A stretch of 64,000 nucleotides of DNA from assembly GCA_944386655.1 (NCBI GenBank), contig CALXBX010000009.1:2465-66464 (forward strand). The letters run 5' to 3'. Made by a program: the position numbers and the translations under genes. Each line of letters starts with the position of its first letter. Positions within the stretch are counted from its first letter, which is position 1. Shown here in pieces: positions 38,872 through 49,258 of this stretch. Source of the DNA: an uncultured Clostridia bacterium. Its GTDB lineage: Bacteria > Bacillota > Clostridia > TANB77 > CAG-508. Under the pieces are notes generated by a model. That model ran no database searches and had not been told where the DNA came from. It saw only the letters and a list, made by a program, of their open reading frames with translations.

Positions 38872-38972
38872 CTGTGAAAACTCTATCTTTTTGAAAAAGA
38901 ATATGATACAATAACACACAGTAGAATGTAATTACATTCTACCAGCTATTAATACCTTAAGAGGTGAAAAAT

Positions 38973-39819
38973 ATGATAAAATTTACAAAAATGCATGGGC
39001 TAGGGAATGACTATGTCTATATAGATTGCACAAAACAAAAGCAATCAATAGATAATGCGTCATCCCTAGCTCAATTTGTTAGTGACCGACATTTAGGAGT
39101 TGGTTCAGATGGGTTAATACTCATCAAAGACAGTAGTATTGCAGACTTTAAAATGCAAATGTTTAACTATGATGGTAGTGAAGCAGAAATGTGTGGGAAT
39201 GGTATTCGTTGTGTACGGAAAATTTGTTTATGATAAGGGACTTACACAAAAAGAAAACATTACCATAGAAACTTTGGCTGGTATAAAACAGCTAACACTC
39301 TATCCAGAAAAGGGGAAAGTAAGCCGTGTAAAAGTAGATATGGGAGAACCAATATTAGAGGCAGAAAAAATTCCAGTAGTAGTGGATAAAACACCAGTTA
39401 TGGGGTTAGAACTATCTGTCTTAGATAAGAATTTTTCTTTTACTTGTGTTTCCATGGGAAATCCACATGCAATTACTTTTGTGGAAGATGTAAAACATTT
39501 TCCAGTAAAAAAGTACGGAGAAATTATAGAAGTAGAGAAACATTTCCCTAAAAGAATAAATGTAGAATTTGCAGAAATAGTAGATAAATATACCATTAAG
39601 ATGCGTGTGTGGGAAAGAGGTACAGGTGAAACTATGGCATGTGGAACAGGAGCCTGTGCTACTGCAGTAGCAGGAGTTTTAAACCAATATACACAAAGAA
39701 GAGTAAACATAGAATTATTAGGTGGTAATTTAGAAATTGAATGGAACGAAAAAGATAATCATGTATACATGACAGGATCTGCCACTACGGTTTTTGAAGG
39801 AGAGTTGGTAGAAGAGTAA
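38973..39819 (+). CDS. dapF: diaminopimelate epimerase; two ORF pieces joined by +1 shift at CGG 39216-39218
   Basis: [18 protein letters not shown] start. The upstream piece ends [13 protein letters not shown]. The +1 frame continues GKFVYDKGL...[11 protein letters not shown]...ACGTGACA. Confidence 0.9.
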
Positions 39820-39902
39820 TTGCAATTTTTGCAGAAATTCTATAAAAAGCACAGTTTCATACAAAAAAGAATTTGTTTTTTAAAGGAGAGGAGAGAAAGC
39901 AC

Positions 39903-41114
39903 ATGGTGAAAATTAATGAAAATTATTTAAAATTACAAGATAGTTATCTTTTTTCTACAATTGCAAAAAAGGTAGTAGATTTTCAAGAAAAACATCCAGA
40001 TAAAAAAGTAATAAAATTAGGAATTGGAGATGTTACCTTGCCGGTTATTCCAGCAGTTGTCAAAGCAATGCATCAGGCAGTAGAAGAAATGGGAGAAAAA
40101 GAGAGTTTTAGAGGCTATGGACCGGAACAAGGATATGATTTTTTAAGAGAAAAAATTGTAGAATGGGATTATAAAAAAAGAGGAATTTCTATTGAAAAAG
40201 AAGAAATACTTGTGTCAGATGGAGCAAAATGTGATACAGGAAATTTTCAAGAATTGTTTGATATAAACAATAAGGTAGCCATTACAGATCCTGTATACCC
40301 TGTGTATTTAGATAGTAATGTAATGGCAGGAAGAACTGGAAATTTTAACGAACAAACACAAAAATTTGATAAAGTAGTTTATATGCCAGTAACAGCAGAA
40401 AATAACTTTATACCAGAACTTCCAAAAGAAAAAGTAGATTTGATTTATTTATGTCTGCCAAATAATCCAACAGGAACAGTTTTTTCTAAGGAGGAATTAA
40501 AGAAATGGGTAGATTATGCAAAAGAAAATAAAGCACTTATCTTATTTGATGCGGCTTATGAGGCATTTATTACAGAAGAAAATGTGCCACATAGTATTTA
40601 TGAAATAGAAGGCGCAAAAGAGGTAGCGATAGAATTCAAAAGTTTTTCCAAAACAGCAGGCTTTACAGGAATCAGATGTGCTTATACAGTGGTGCCAAAA
40701 GAAATTCAAATAGAAGGCATATCTTTAAACCGTTTGTGGAATAGACGCCAATGTACCAAGTTTAATGGGGTACCATATATCACACAAAGAGGTGCAGAAG
40801 CAGTATATACAGAAGAAGGACAAAAGCAAATAAAAGAAAATATAGACTATTATAGAGAAAATGCAAGAATCATTCGAGAAGGACTAGAGAAAGCAGGTTA
40901 TACTGTATATGGAGGAATTAATGCCCCTTATATTTGGCTTAAAGTACCAGATGGACTTACTTCATGGGAATTTTTTGATAAGTTGTTAGAGGAAAAAAAT
41001 ATTGTAGGAACACCAGGTTCTGGTTTTGGTCCAAGTGGGGAAGGTTATTTTAGATTAACGGCATTTGGTAGTAGAGAAAGTACCATAGAAGCAATGGAAA
41101 GAATAAAGGACTGA
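39903..41114 (+). CDS. dapL: LL-diaminopimelate aminotransferase
   Basis: [25 protein letters not shown]-terminus; [16 protein letters not shown]-lysine motif; adjacent to dapF. Confidence 0.85.
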   Translation: MVKINENYLKLQDSYLFSTIAKKVVDFQEKHPDKKVIKLGIGDVTLPVIPAVVKAMHQAVEEMGEKESFRGYGPEQGYDFLREKIVEWDYKKRGISIEKEEILVSDGAKCDTGNFQELFDINNKVAITDPVYPVYLDSNVMAGRTGNFNEQTQKFDKVVYMPVTAENNFIPELPKEKVDLIYLCLPNNPTGTVFSKEELKKWVDYAKENKALILFDAAYEAFITEENVPHSIYEIEGAKEVAIEFKSFSKTAGFTGIRCAYTVVPKEIQIEGISLNRLWNRRQCTKFNGVPYITQRGAEAVYTEEGQKQIKENIDYYRENARIIREGLEKAGYTVYGGINAPYIWLKVPDGLTSWEFFDKLLEEKNIVGTPGSGFGPSGEGYFRLTAFGSRESTIEAMERIKD

Positions 41115-41261
41115 AAAATTTGTAAAAACTGTTGATTTTTCAAGAAAATAATGGTAAAATAACTATGTTTGAAAAATTACCTTATACTTAGTTTCAAGAA
41201 AACACACACCTTGCTTGTAACTCAGTTTAAGGCAAATAAGAAAGAGGAGGTGCTAGAAGTT

Positions 41262-41525
41262 ATGACAAAAGAAAGAAAACAAGAAATTATTGCTACTTAT
41301 AGAAGAGACGAAAAAGATACTGGTTCACCAGAAGTTCAAATTGCTCTTCTAACAGAAAGAATTAATGAATTAACAGAACACTTAAAAGTACACAAAAAAG
41401 ATAATCATTCTAGAAGAGGACTTCTAAAAATGGTTGGTGCAAGAAGAAACTTACTAAAATACTTAAGTGATAATGATGTACAAAGATATAGAGACATCGT
41501 TGAAAAATTAGGATTAAGAAAATAA
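41262..41525 (+). CDS. rpsO: 30S ribosomal protein S15
   Basis: 88 aa; [36 protein letters not shown]. Confidence 0.95.
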   Translation: MTKERKQEIIATYRRDEKDTGSPEVQIALLTERINELTEHLKVHKKDNHSRRGLLKMVGARRNLLKYLSDNDVQRYRDIVEKLGLRK

Positions 41526-41726
41526 AAAAAGCATAAGGACGTTTTGCTATAAAACAGTAAAACGTCCGCTTTTGCAAGTAAGAGAAAAAGGTGTGAAAAA
41601 TAATAAAATAAATCCTTCTATATTAGGATAGTAGCTTGTATGATGCTCTGCCCTAAGCTAAAAAGAAAGCAAAGTAGCATAGAGGTTACGACTAATAAGA
41701 AGGATACAAAGAAAAGGAGAGATTTT

Positions 41727-43856
41727 ATGTTTAAAACATATAGTACAGAACTTGCAGGTAGAAAATTAACCATAGAAACGGGGAAAATTGCAGAACTTGC
41801 AAATGGTAGTGTAGTAGTAAAATATGGAGATACGGTTGTTATGGTAAATGTAACAGCCTCTAAAGAGCCACGTGATGGAATAGATTTCTTCCCATTATCT
41901 GTGGATTATGAAGAGAAATTATATGCAGTAGGAAAAATTCCAGGAAGTTTTACAAAAAGGGAAGGAAAACCAGCAGATAAAGCTATCTTAACATCTAGAG
42001 CAATTGATAGACCACTAAGACCTTTATTTCCAAAAGATTTTAGAAATGATGTATGTGTGGTAGCTACAGTTTTATCTGTAGAACAAGATAATAGTCCAGA
42101 GGTATGTGCTATGATTGGTGCATCTTGCGCCCTTTCAATTTCCGATATTCCTTTTGGAGGACCAACTGCAGCGGTAAATGTGGGCTATGTAGATGGACAA
42201 ATTGTCATCAATCCAACAGTGGAACAAAGAGAAAAGTCTAGACTTACGCTAACAGTAGCTGCTACTCAAGAAAAAATTACTATGATTGAAGCAGGAGCAG
42301 ATGAAATACCAAATGATACTATGTTGGAAGCAATTAAAGCAGCTCATGTAGAAATTAAAAAAATTTGTACTTTTATATCACAAATTAAAGAAGATATTGG
42401 AAAACCAAAAATGCAATATAAATCTTTTGCAGTAAATCCAGAGGTGTACCAAGAAATAGAAGATAACTTTAAAGAAAGAATGTACCAAGATGTACAAGCT
42501 ACAGATAAAGAAGTAAGAGATAGCAATATGGATAAAATTGCAGAAGATATTACCAATTATTTTGTAGAAAAATATGGAGAAGAAAAAACAGAAGAAGTAA
42601 AGCAAGATATTGCAGATAGTATTCATGACCTAGAGAAAAAATGTGTGAGAGAAATGATTTTAGTAGAGCATAAAAGACCAGATGGCAGAAAAATAGATGA
42701 AATAAGACCATTATCTTGTGAAGTAGGATTGCTTCCAAGAGTACATGGAAGTGCTTTATTTACAAGAGGTCAAACACAGGTTATGTCTGTAGTTACTTTA
42801 GGAATGAAAAGCGAAGAGCAAATATTAGACGGTGTGGATGAAGAAGAAAGCAAGCGTTATATGCATCAATATAATTTTCCATCCTATTCTGTAGGAGAGG
42901 CAAGACCTTCTAGAGGACCAGGAAGAAGAGAAATTGGACATGGAGCTTTAGCAGAAAAAGCATTAGTACCAGTAATTCCTTCTGAGGAAGAATTCCCATA
43001 TGCCATCCGTGTAGTTTCTGAAGTATTATCTTCTAATGGTTCTACTTCACAAGCAAGTATTTGTGGAAGTACTCTTGCTTTAATGGATGCAGGTGTTCCT
43101 ATTAAAAAACCAGTAGCAGGTATTTCTACAGGACTTGTAACAGATAAAGAAGAGCCTTCCCGTTATGTAATGCTTACAGATATACAAGGAATTGAAGATT
43201 TCTTTGGAGATATGGACTTTAAAGTAGGTGGAACAAAGGATGGAATTACTGCAATACAAGTAGACATTAAAATAGATGGACTAACATATGATATAATAGA
43301 GCAAGCTTTTGAAAGAACCAAAGTAGCAAGAGATTATATTTTAGATAATGTTATGTTACCAGTTATTAGTAAACCAAGAGAAGACATTTCCCCATATGCA
43401 CCAAGAATTCTTACTACGAAAATTGCAGTGGACAAAATAAAAGATGTCATTGGACCTGGTGGAAAAATGATTAACAAAATTATTGATGCAACAGGTGTAA
43501 AAATTGATATAGAAGAAAATGGAGAAGTTTGCATCTATACTATGGAGCCAGAAAAAGGAAAAGAAGCACTAAAAATGATAGAAGATATTGCTAGAGAGAT
43601 AGAAGTGGGTGGTATCTACGATGGCGTAGTTACTAGAATTGCAAGCTTTGGAGCATTTATTGATTTAGGTGGAGGAAAAGAAGGACTTCTTCATATTTCT
43701 AAAATATCTAGTAAAAGAGTAGATAAAGTAGAAGATGTGCTAAGTGTTGGTGATGAAGTAACGGTAAAAGTTATCGAAATAGATCATCAAGGAAGAATTA
43801 ATCTTAGTATGAGAGCATTAGAGGCAAATCATAAAGAAGACGAAGAGGAAGAATAA
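41727..43856 (+). CDS. pnp: polyribonucleotide nucleotidyltransferase (PNPase)
   Basis: 709 aa from ATG 41727 (AAGGAGAG RBS); two RNase PH domains, KH and S1 domains, acidic tail. Confidence 0.95.
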   Translation: MFKTYSTELAGRKLTIETGKIAELANGSVVVKYGDTVVMVNVTASKEPRDGIDFFPLSVDYEEKLYAVGKIPGSFTKREGKPADKAILTSRAIDRPLRPLFPKDFRNDVCVVATVLSVEQDNSPEVCAMIGASCALSISDIPFGGPTAAVNVGYVDGQIVINPTVEQREKSRLTLTVAATQEKITMIEAGADEIPNDTMLEAIKAAHVEIKKICTFISQIKEDIGKPKMQYKSFAVNPEVYQEIEDNFKERMYQDVQATDKEVRDSNMDKIAEDITNYFVEKYGEEKTEEVKQDIADSIHDLEKKCVREMILVEHKRPDGRKIDEIRPLSCEVGLLPRVHGSALFTRGQTQVMSVVTLGMKSEEQILDGVDEEESKRYMHQYNFPSYSVGEARPSRGPGRREIGHGALAEKALVPVIPSEEEFPYAIRVVSEVLSSNGSTSQASICGSTLALMDAGVPIKKPVAGISTGLVTDKEEPSRYVMLTDIQGIEDFFGDMDFKVGGTKDGITAIQVDIKIDGLTYDIIEQAFERTKVARDYILDNVMLPVISKPREDISPYAPRILTTKIAVDKIKDVIGPGGKMINKIIDATGVKIDIEENGEVCIYTMEPEKGKEALKMIEDIAREIEVGGIYDGVVTRIASFGAFIDLGGGKEGLLHISKISSKRVDKVEDVLSVGDEVTVKVIEIDHQGRINLSMRALEANHKEDEEEE

Positions 43857-44003
43857 ATAAAACAATATTCTGAAAATAAATTTATTTGCATATAATACAG
43901 TTTCCTTAAGAATTTATGAAATAAGTTGCAAAAAATAGAGAAAAATAGTATAATATTTCTGGTATCTAAATAAAAATAGATAAAAAATACAAGGAGAAAT
44001 GAA

Positions 44004-45233
44004 ATGGAATATTTGTATATCATACAGCAAGCTTTAGTGTGGCTTGTTACAGCGTTTTGGTTATATCAATTAATTGTAAGTGTCTGTTCTTTAATCAAAT
44101 TAAAAGATAAACCAATCATAGAAGAAAAAGAAAATCGATTTATGGCGATTATACCGGCACATAATGAAGCTGCTGTGGTAGGAAATTTAATAGAAAGTTT
44201 AAAGAAACAAAATTATCCGAAAGAATTATATGATATTTATGTGATTGCAGATAATTGTACAGATAATACAGCAGAAATAGCAAGAAATGCAGGAGCCATT
44301 GTATATGAAAGGTTTGATGAAACGAAAAAGACAAAAGGCTTTGCTATGCAATGGTTTTTAGACCAAAAAATTAAGGAAGATGCACCTTATGATGCTTTTT
44401 GTGTATTTGATGCAGATAATATTGTAGATGAAAATTTCTTAAAAGCAATGAATAAAAAATTATGCCAAGGAGAAGACGTCGTACAAGGGTATAGAGATAT
44501 AAAAAACCCAACAGATAGTTGGATTTCAGCAGGATACGCTATCTTTTATTGGACAATGAATCGTTTCTATCATTTAGCTAGATATAATTTAGGATTATCT
44601 CCTCTTATTAATGGAACAGGATTTATGGTAAAGTTTGATGTAGTAAAACCAGAAGGCTGGAATACCAAAACATTAACAGAGGATATAGAATTTTCCTTAA
44701 AACGTATTATCGCTGGAAAAAAATTAGGTTGGGCAACAGATGCTATTGTATATGACGAGCAACCAGTAGGATTCAAACAATCTTGGTCACAAAGGTCAAG
44801 ATGGACAGTAGGTCACATACAATGTATGAAAGAATATACAGGGCTTTTAGCAGAAGCTGTAAAAGAAAAAAAGACATTAATGAATTTTGACGGACTACTA
44901 TATATATTAGGTAGTATACCAATGTTTGTTATTACTATTATATTATTACTATTAAACTTTATTATGTACTTTGGAGAAGGAATGACAACGGCAGAATTAG
45001 GAATCAACTGCCTAAGATATTTAGTACCAACATTTATTCTTCCAATCTTTACAGCAGTTTTAATTATGTTGTTGGATAAAAAGCCAATTAGACCAATGCT
45101 AAAAGGATTGCTATTCTATCCTATCTTCTTAGGCTCGTGGTTATTAATTAACTTTAAATGCCTATTTGTAAGAAATACAAAATGGGAAAAGATTGAACAT
45201 GTTAGAGATATTAAGATAAATGAAGTAAGCTAA
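44004..45233 (+). CDS. membrane-integrated family-2 glycosyltransferase (processive-synthase-like)
   Basis: IIPAHNEA, FDADN (DxD) and QRSRW motifs; N- and C-terminal TM segments. Confidence 0.75.
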   Translation: MEYLYIIQQALVWLVTAFWLYQLIVSVCSLIKLKDKPIIEEKENRFMAIIPAHNEAAVVGNLIESLKKQNYPKELYDIYVIADNCTDNTAEIARNAGAIVYERFDETKKTKGFAMQWFLDQKIKEDAPYDAFCVFDADNIVDENFLKAMNKKLCQGEDVVQGYRDIKNPTDSWISAGYAIFYWTMNRFYHLARYNLGLSPLINGTGFMVKFDVVKPEGWNTKTLTEDIEFSLKRIIAGKKLGWATDAIVYDEQPVGFKQSWSQRSRWTVGHIQCMKEYTGLLAEAVKEKKTLMNFDGLLYILGSIPMFVITIILLLLNFIMYFGEGMTTAELGINCLRYLVPTFILPIFTAVLIMLLDKKPIRPMLKGLLFYPIFLGSWLLINFKCLFVRNTKWEKIEHVRDIKINEVS

Positions 45234-45235
45234 AA

Positions 45236-45275
45236 AAAGACGAAAAGCACTTTAACTTGTGCTTTTCGTCTTTTT
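45236..45275 (+). terminator. Rho-independent terminator
   Basis: 15-bp stem aaagacgaaaagcac / gtgcttttcgtcttt plus T-run. Confidence 0.8.
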
Positions 45276-45385
45276 GAGTTATACCATAATTTGAAACTTT
45301 TTAGTGCTAGCTATTGTGAATTTTTCTTGTGTGTGATATAAATTAGGAAAAAGGAATAGAATAGAAAAAAAGAGAGGGAGAAAAA

Positions 45386-46924
45386 ATGGAGAAGAATAAG
45401 AACAAATGGATACATATTATCCTTATTGTATTAGGAATGATATGGGTATTCATTCCTGTATTTCATAGTAATTTGTGGTTTGATGAAGCTTATTCTGTAG
45501 GAATGGCAAATCATACTTTTGGAGAAATTTGGAATATTGGTGGACACGATGTACACCCTGTATTATATTATTGGATATTACATATCCTAAATTTGCTATT
45601 TGGCAATCAAATTATGATATATCGTATTTTTTCTGCAATATGCGTGAGCTTATTAGGAATTCTAGGTTATACACATATTAGAAAAGATTTTGGGGATAAA
45701 ACAGGTATGTTTTTTTCTTTCCTTGTTTTCTTTTTCCCAATTAATTTAGTGTATGCGGGGGAACTCAGAATGTATACGCTTGCTATGCTATTAGTAACGT
45801 TAATGGCAATTTATGCGTATCGTATCTATAAAAGAAAAGAAGAAAAGAATATCAAAAATTGGATTTTGTTTGCTATTTTTAGCTTAGCATCTGCTTATAG
45901 CCATTATTATGCATTAGTAGCAGCAGGAATCATTAACCTTTTGTTATTCATTAGTTTGGTAATAGATGCAAAAGAGAAAAAACAATTTACTTGTGGACTA
46001 AAGGCTTTTATACTATCAGCAGTGGTACAAATAGCATTATATATTCCATGGATTATGTATTTATTATTACAAGTAAGCCAAGTTTCTAATGGATTTTGGA
46101 TAGGAGTTAGTTTCCCTGGAACCATTATAGAATTCTTCACTTTCCAATTTACAGGAAATTTAGGAGATACTATCTATGTAAGTAATATCTTAGCTGGTAT
46201 ATTTGGCATAATCATATGTGCCTATATGATTTATTTATATGCAAAAAGTAAAAAGGAAAGTAAAGAAAGCAATAACGAAAATAAGAAAAAAGAAAGAAAT
46301 CCAGCACTTTTGGCAATTGGAGTTTATGGATTAGTAATTTTGGCAGTTTGCCTTGCTTCTTTAATTATTTGGAGACCAGTCATTTATGCAAGATATATGT
46401 TATGTGTAACAGGATTATTTATATTTTTCCTTGCAGATACCATGGCAAAAATGGGCAATCAAAAATGGAATATCTTAATAAGTACTTTGTGTATTGCAAT
46501 ATCTATTGTGATTATGATAAACTTAGTACAAAGTAATTATGATGCAAGCAACCAAGAGGTGTTAGATTACATTCAAGAAAATATACAAGAAGGCGATGTT
46601 ATTTTAAATGGAAATGAAGGAAGCGGATTTGTGATTGGTGCAAATTATCCTGAGCATACCCATTACTTCTGGGACCAAGCAAATTGGAATGTAGAAGAAG
46701 CTTACAAAGCTTTTGGAACAGATATGCATACCGTATACAATTTAGATGACTTTAAAGATTTTACCGGTAGAGTATGGATTATTAATGCTAACAATTATGC
46801 TATTTGCGATTATGTCCTAGAAAACTTTGAGAATGCAGAATTATTAGAAAAGAAAGAATTCAAAACAAAATACAAAAATTTCGAATACACATTTGCCTTA
46901 GTGCAATTTAGGGACGTTCCTTAA
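45386..46924 (+). CDS. GT-C fold polytopic glycosyltransferase (ArnT/PMT-like)
   Basis: 512 aa; about 11-12 TM segments; first-loop WFDEAYS motif; soluble C-terminal domain. Confidence 0.55.
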   Translation: MEKNKNKWIHIILIVLGMIWVFIPVFHSNLWFDEAYSVGMANHTFGEIWNIGGHDVHPVLYYWILHILNLLFGNQIMIYRIFSAICVSLLGILGYTHIRKDFGDKTGMFFSFLVFFFPINLVYAGELRMYTLAMLLVTLMAIYAYRIYKRKEEKNIKNWILFAIFSLASAYSHYYALVAAGIINLLLFISLVIDAKEKKQFTCGLKAFILSAVVQIALYIPWIMYLLLQVSQVSNGFWIGVSFPGTIIEFFTFQFTGNLGDTIYVSNILAGIFGIIICAYMIYLYAKSKKESKESNNENKKKERNPALLAIGVYGLVILAVCLASLIIWRPVIYARYMLCVTGLFIFFLADTMAKMGNQKWNILISTLCIAISIVIMINLVQSNYDASNQEVLDYIQENIQEGDVILNGNEGSGFVIGANYPEHTHYFWDQANWNVEEAYKAFGTDMHTVYNLDDFKDFTGRVWIINANNYAICDYVLENFENAELLEKKEFKTKYKNFEYTFALVQFRDVP

Positions 46925-47111
46925 GTTGCAAAAAAAGGAAATGTTTAAGAATAAATTTATAAAAAATGCACACTCTTTTATAAAAAGGTGTGTATTTTCT
47001 TATGAAAAAATAATGATAATAACAAAATAACATAAATGTAATTGTAAAAATGGAAAAAGAAAAAGAAAATAATATAGAAAAACAAGCATAAGAAAAAGGA
47101 GAAAAAGAAAT

Positions 47112-48242
47112 ATGAAAGAGGAGAAAGCCATTACGTTAGTGACGCTCGCAGTTACAATTGTTATTTTGATTATTTTAGCAGGGGTAAGTATAGCAACCCT
47201 AATAGGAGATAATGGCATTATTACAAAAGCAAAAGAAGCAAGAGAGAATATTTTATATGCGGGTAAAGAAGAGCAAGAGCAATTGAATCAGTTATATTGG
47301 GAATTAGAACAAAATGGTAGTTATACGGAAGATGAAGAAGATGCAAAAAAAGACAAAATGATACAATTATTACAAAAGCAAGTAGAAGAACTAAAGCAGC
47401 AGGTAGCAGATTTACAAGGAAAAAATACGGAACTAGAAGACCAAGTAGCAAATTTGAATGGACAAATAGAAGATTTGAACAAGCAAATTAGTGACTTAAA
47501 AGCCGAGGTGGCAGAAAAAGATATACAAATAGAAGATTTTCAAAAAGAAGTGGCCTTAAAACAAGAAACCATCAATGATTTGCAAGGTCAGTTAGATAGT
47601 TTAAATAGTCAGCTGGCACAAACAAATGCAACAGCGGCCCACATATTAAAAGATTATAAAGCCTATAGTGGAGGACAATTAGTAGTAGGCACCATGCCAA
47701 ATAATGGAGCAGTAAGTGCAAGCTTAAACGCAGGGCAAAGTTATACAATACCTGAAGGATACCATAATGGTAATGGAATAATAACTGCTAATAGCTTAGC
47801 AAATCAAACACCAGGAACAGCTACAGCAAATAATATTTCAAGTGGAATGACAGCGTGGGTGAATGGACAGTTAATTACAGGAAACGGAACAGATGTGAAT
47901 AATAGTTATAATAATGGGTATAATGCAGGATATAGTGTGGGAAAAACGATAAAAAAGGTAAGGGTTTTATCTCAAACTTTCTCAATACATAGTTCGTCTA
48001 GAACTACTACATTTACGGCTAATGTTTCTCAATATGCGGGATATCAACAATTTACAACTAATAACTTTGGAATAGAAACAGTGAACATTAATGATGCTCC
48101 ATCACGTATTTACAACTATCAGGCTGTTGTCTCGAGTTATAATAGTAGTACAGGAGTAGTTACATTTTCAATTACTACACAACTATATGATAATACATCA
48201 ACATCTTTTACAGTGAATGGATATTTATATTATGTAGAATAA
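47112..48242 (+). CDS. pilin-like N-terminus, coiled coil, and variable C-terminal domain; paralogue 3
   Basis: N-terminus KEEKA/ITLVTLAVTIVILIILAGVSIATLIGDNGIITKAKEARE. The next about 60 aa are highly similar to paralogue 1 (EEQEQLNQLYWELEQ...). The C-terminus is unrelated (GTMPNNGAVSASLNAGQSYTIPEGYHNGNG...). Confidence 0.75.
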   Translation: MKEEKAITLVTLAVTIVILIILAGVSIATLIGDNGIITKAKEARENILYAGKEEQEQLNQLYWELEQNGSYTEDEEDAKKDKMIQLLQKQVEELKQQVADLQGKNTELEDQVANLNGQIEDLNKQISDLKAEVAEKDIQIEDFQKEVALKQETINDLQGQLDSLNSQLAQTNATAAHILKDYKAYSGGQLVVGTMPNNGAVSASLNAGQSYTIPEGYHNGNGIITANSLANQTPGTATANNISSGMTAWVNGQLITGNGTDVNNSYNNGYNAGYSVGKTIKKVRVLSQTFSIHSSSRTTTFTANVSQYAGYQQFTTNNFGIETVNINDAPSRIYNYQAVVSSYNSSTGVVTFSITTQLYDNTSTSFTVNGYLYYVE

Positions 48243-48267
48243 GAAAGAATAGCTAAATCATTAGAAA

Positions 48268-48304
48268 AAGTATTAGAAAAGAATGTCATTTCTAATACTT
48301 TTTC
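48268..48304 (+). terminator. Rho-independent terminator
   Basis: Stem aagtattagaaa / tttctaatactt plus T-run. Confidence 0.7.
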
Positions 48305-48418
48305 AGCTTTTTATAAAAGAAATAATTAATTTATTGGTAGACATTTCATTAAGAAAATGGTATAATGAAACGCAGAAAATAATAGAATCCATAAGAGAGG
48401 AAAAATAGGAGTGGAGCA

Positions 48419-49255
48419 ATGAGAGTATTTGCGTTTGTAGGACCATCTGGAACAGGAAAAAGCTATCGTGCACAAATGGTTGCTGGAGAAAATAAAATTT
48501 CCTATATTATAGATGATGGTCTTTTAATTAACGAAAACGAAGTAGTAGCAGGAGAATCTGCAAAAAAAGCACCAACCAAAATAGAAACGGTAAAACATGC
48601 TATTTTTATAGACGAGAAAGAAAGAAAAGAGATGCAAAAAGCTATTAAAAAGTATAAGCCAAAATCTATTCTAATATTAGGAACTTCAGATGGAATGGTA
48701 CAAAAAATAGCAGAAAATTTAGGGCTGCCACCTATTCAAAAAACAATATACATTCAAGATGTTGCAACTCAAACAGAAATGGAAACAGCTAGAAATATTC
48801 GTGTAACACAGGGAAAGCATGTAATACCTGTGCCGACCTTTGAAATTAAAAAAGATTTTTCCGGATACATATTAGACCCTTTGCAAATTTTTAAGTCTAA
48901 AGGAAATGGACAAAAACCATATATATCAGAAAAATCCATTATTAGACCAACATTTAGCTATCTAGGAAATTTTACTATATCCGATACAGTCTTTAGACAA
49001 ATTGTAGAATATTTAGCTAAAAAAACACCAGGAATAGGAAGAGTGGTAAAGACAAGAGTAGAAAATTTAGGAGAGGGACCTTCTATTTATATGGAGGTAG
49101 TCCTTATTTATGGACATAATGTCATTAAAGTGTTAAAAGAATTTAAAGGAAAATGTGTAAAAGAAATCGAAAAATTAACCACGATGAATGTACAAAAAAT
49201 TACCGTCATTGCAAAGTCGATAGAATTACCAAAAAAAGAAGAAAGGAAGAATTAA
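48419..49255 (+). CDS. P-loop NTPase fused to an Asp23/Gls24-like C-terminal domain, function unknown
   Basis: 278 aa; Walker A GPSGTGKS at the N-terminus; the C-terminal about 100 aa resemble the Asp23 family (FSYLGNFTISDTVFRQIVEYLAKKTPGI...). Confidence 0.6.
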   Translation: MRVFAFVGPSGTGKSYRAQMVAGENKISYIIDDGLLINENEVVAGESAKKAPTKIETVKHAIFIDEKERKEMQKAIKKYKPKSILILGTSDGMVQKIAENLGLPPIQKTIYIQDVATQTEMETARNIRVTQGKHVIPVPTFEIKKDFSGYILDPLQIFKSKGNGQKPYISEKSIIRPTFSYLGNFTISDTVFRQIVEYLAKKTPGIGRVVKTRVENLGEGPSIYMEVVLIYGHNVIKVLKEFKGKCVKEIEKLTTMNVQKITVIAKSIELPKKEERKN

Positions 49256-49258
49256 AAA

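Noticed and set aside
36457-38950. Intact prophage or integrative element at tRNA-Phe
   Set aside because: There is no intact integrase, no structural or replication genes, and no att-like repeat of the tRNA 3' end. Only a degraded remnant is supported.
38700-38960. Lysine riboswitch or T-box upstream of dapF-dapL
   Set aside because: I could not find the conserved L-box or T-box core elements. Only short hairpins, one terminator and a palindrome are present.
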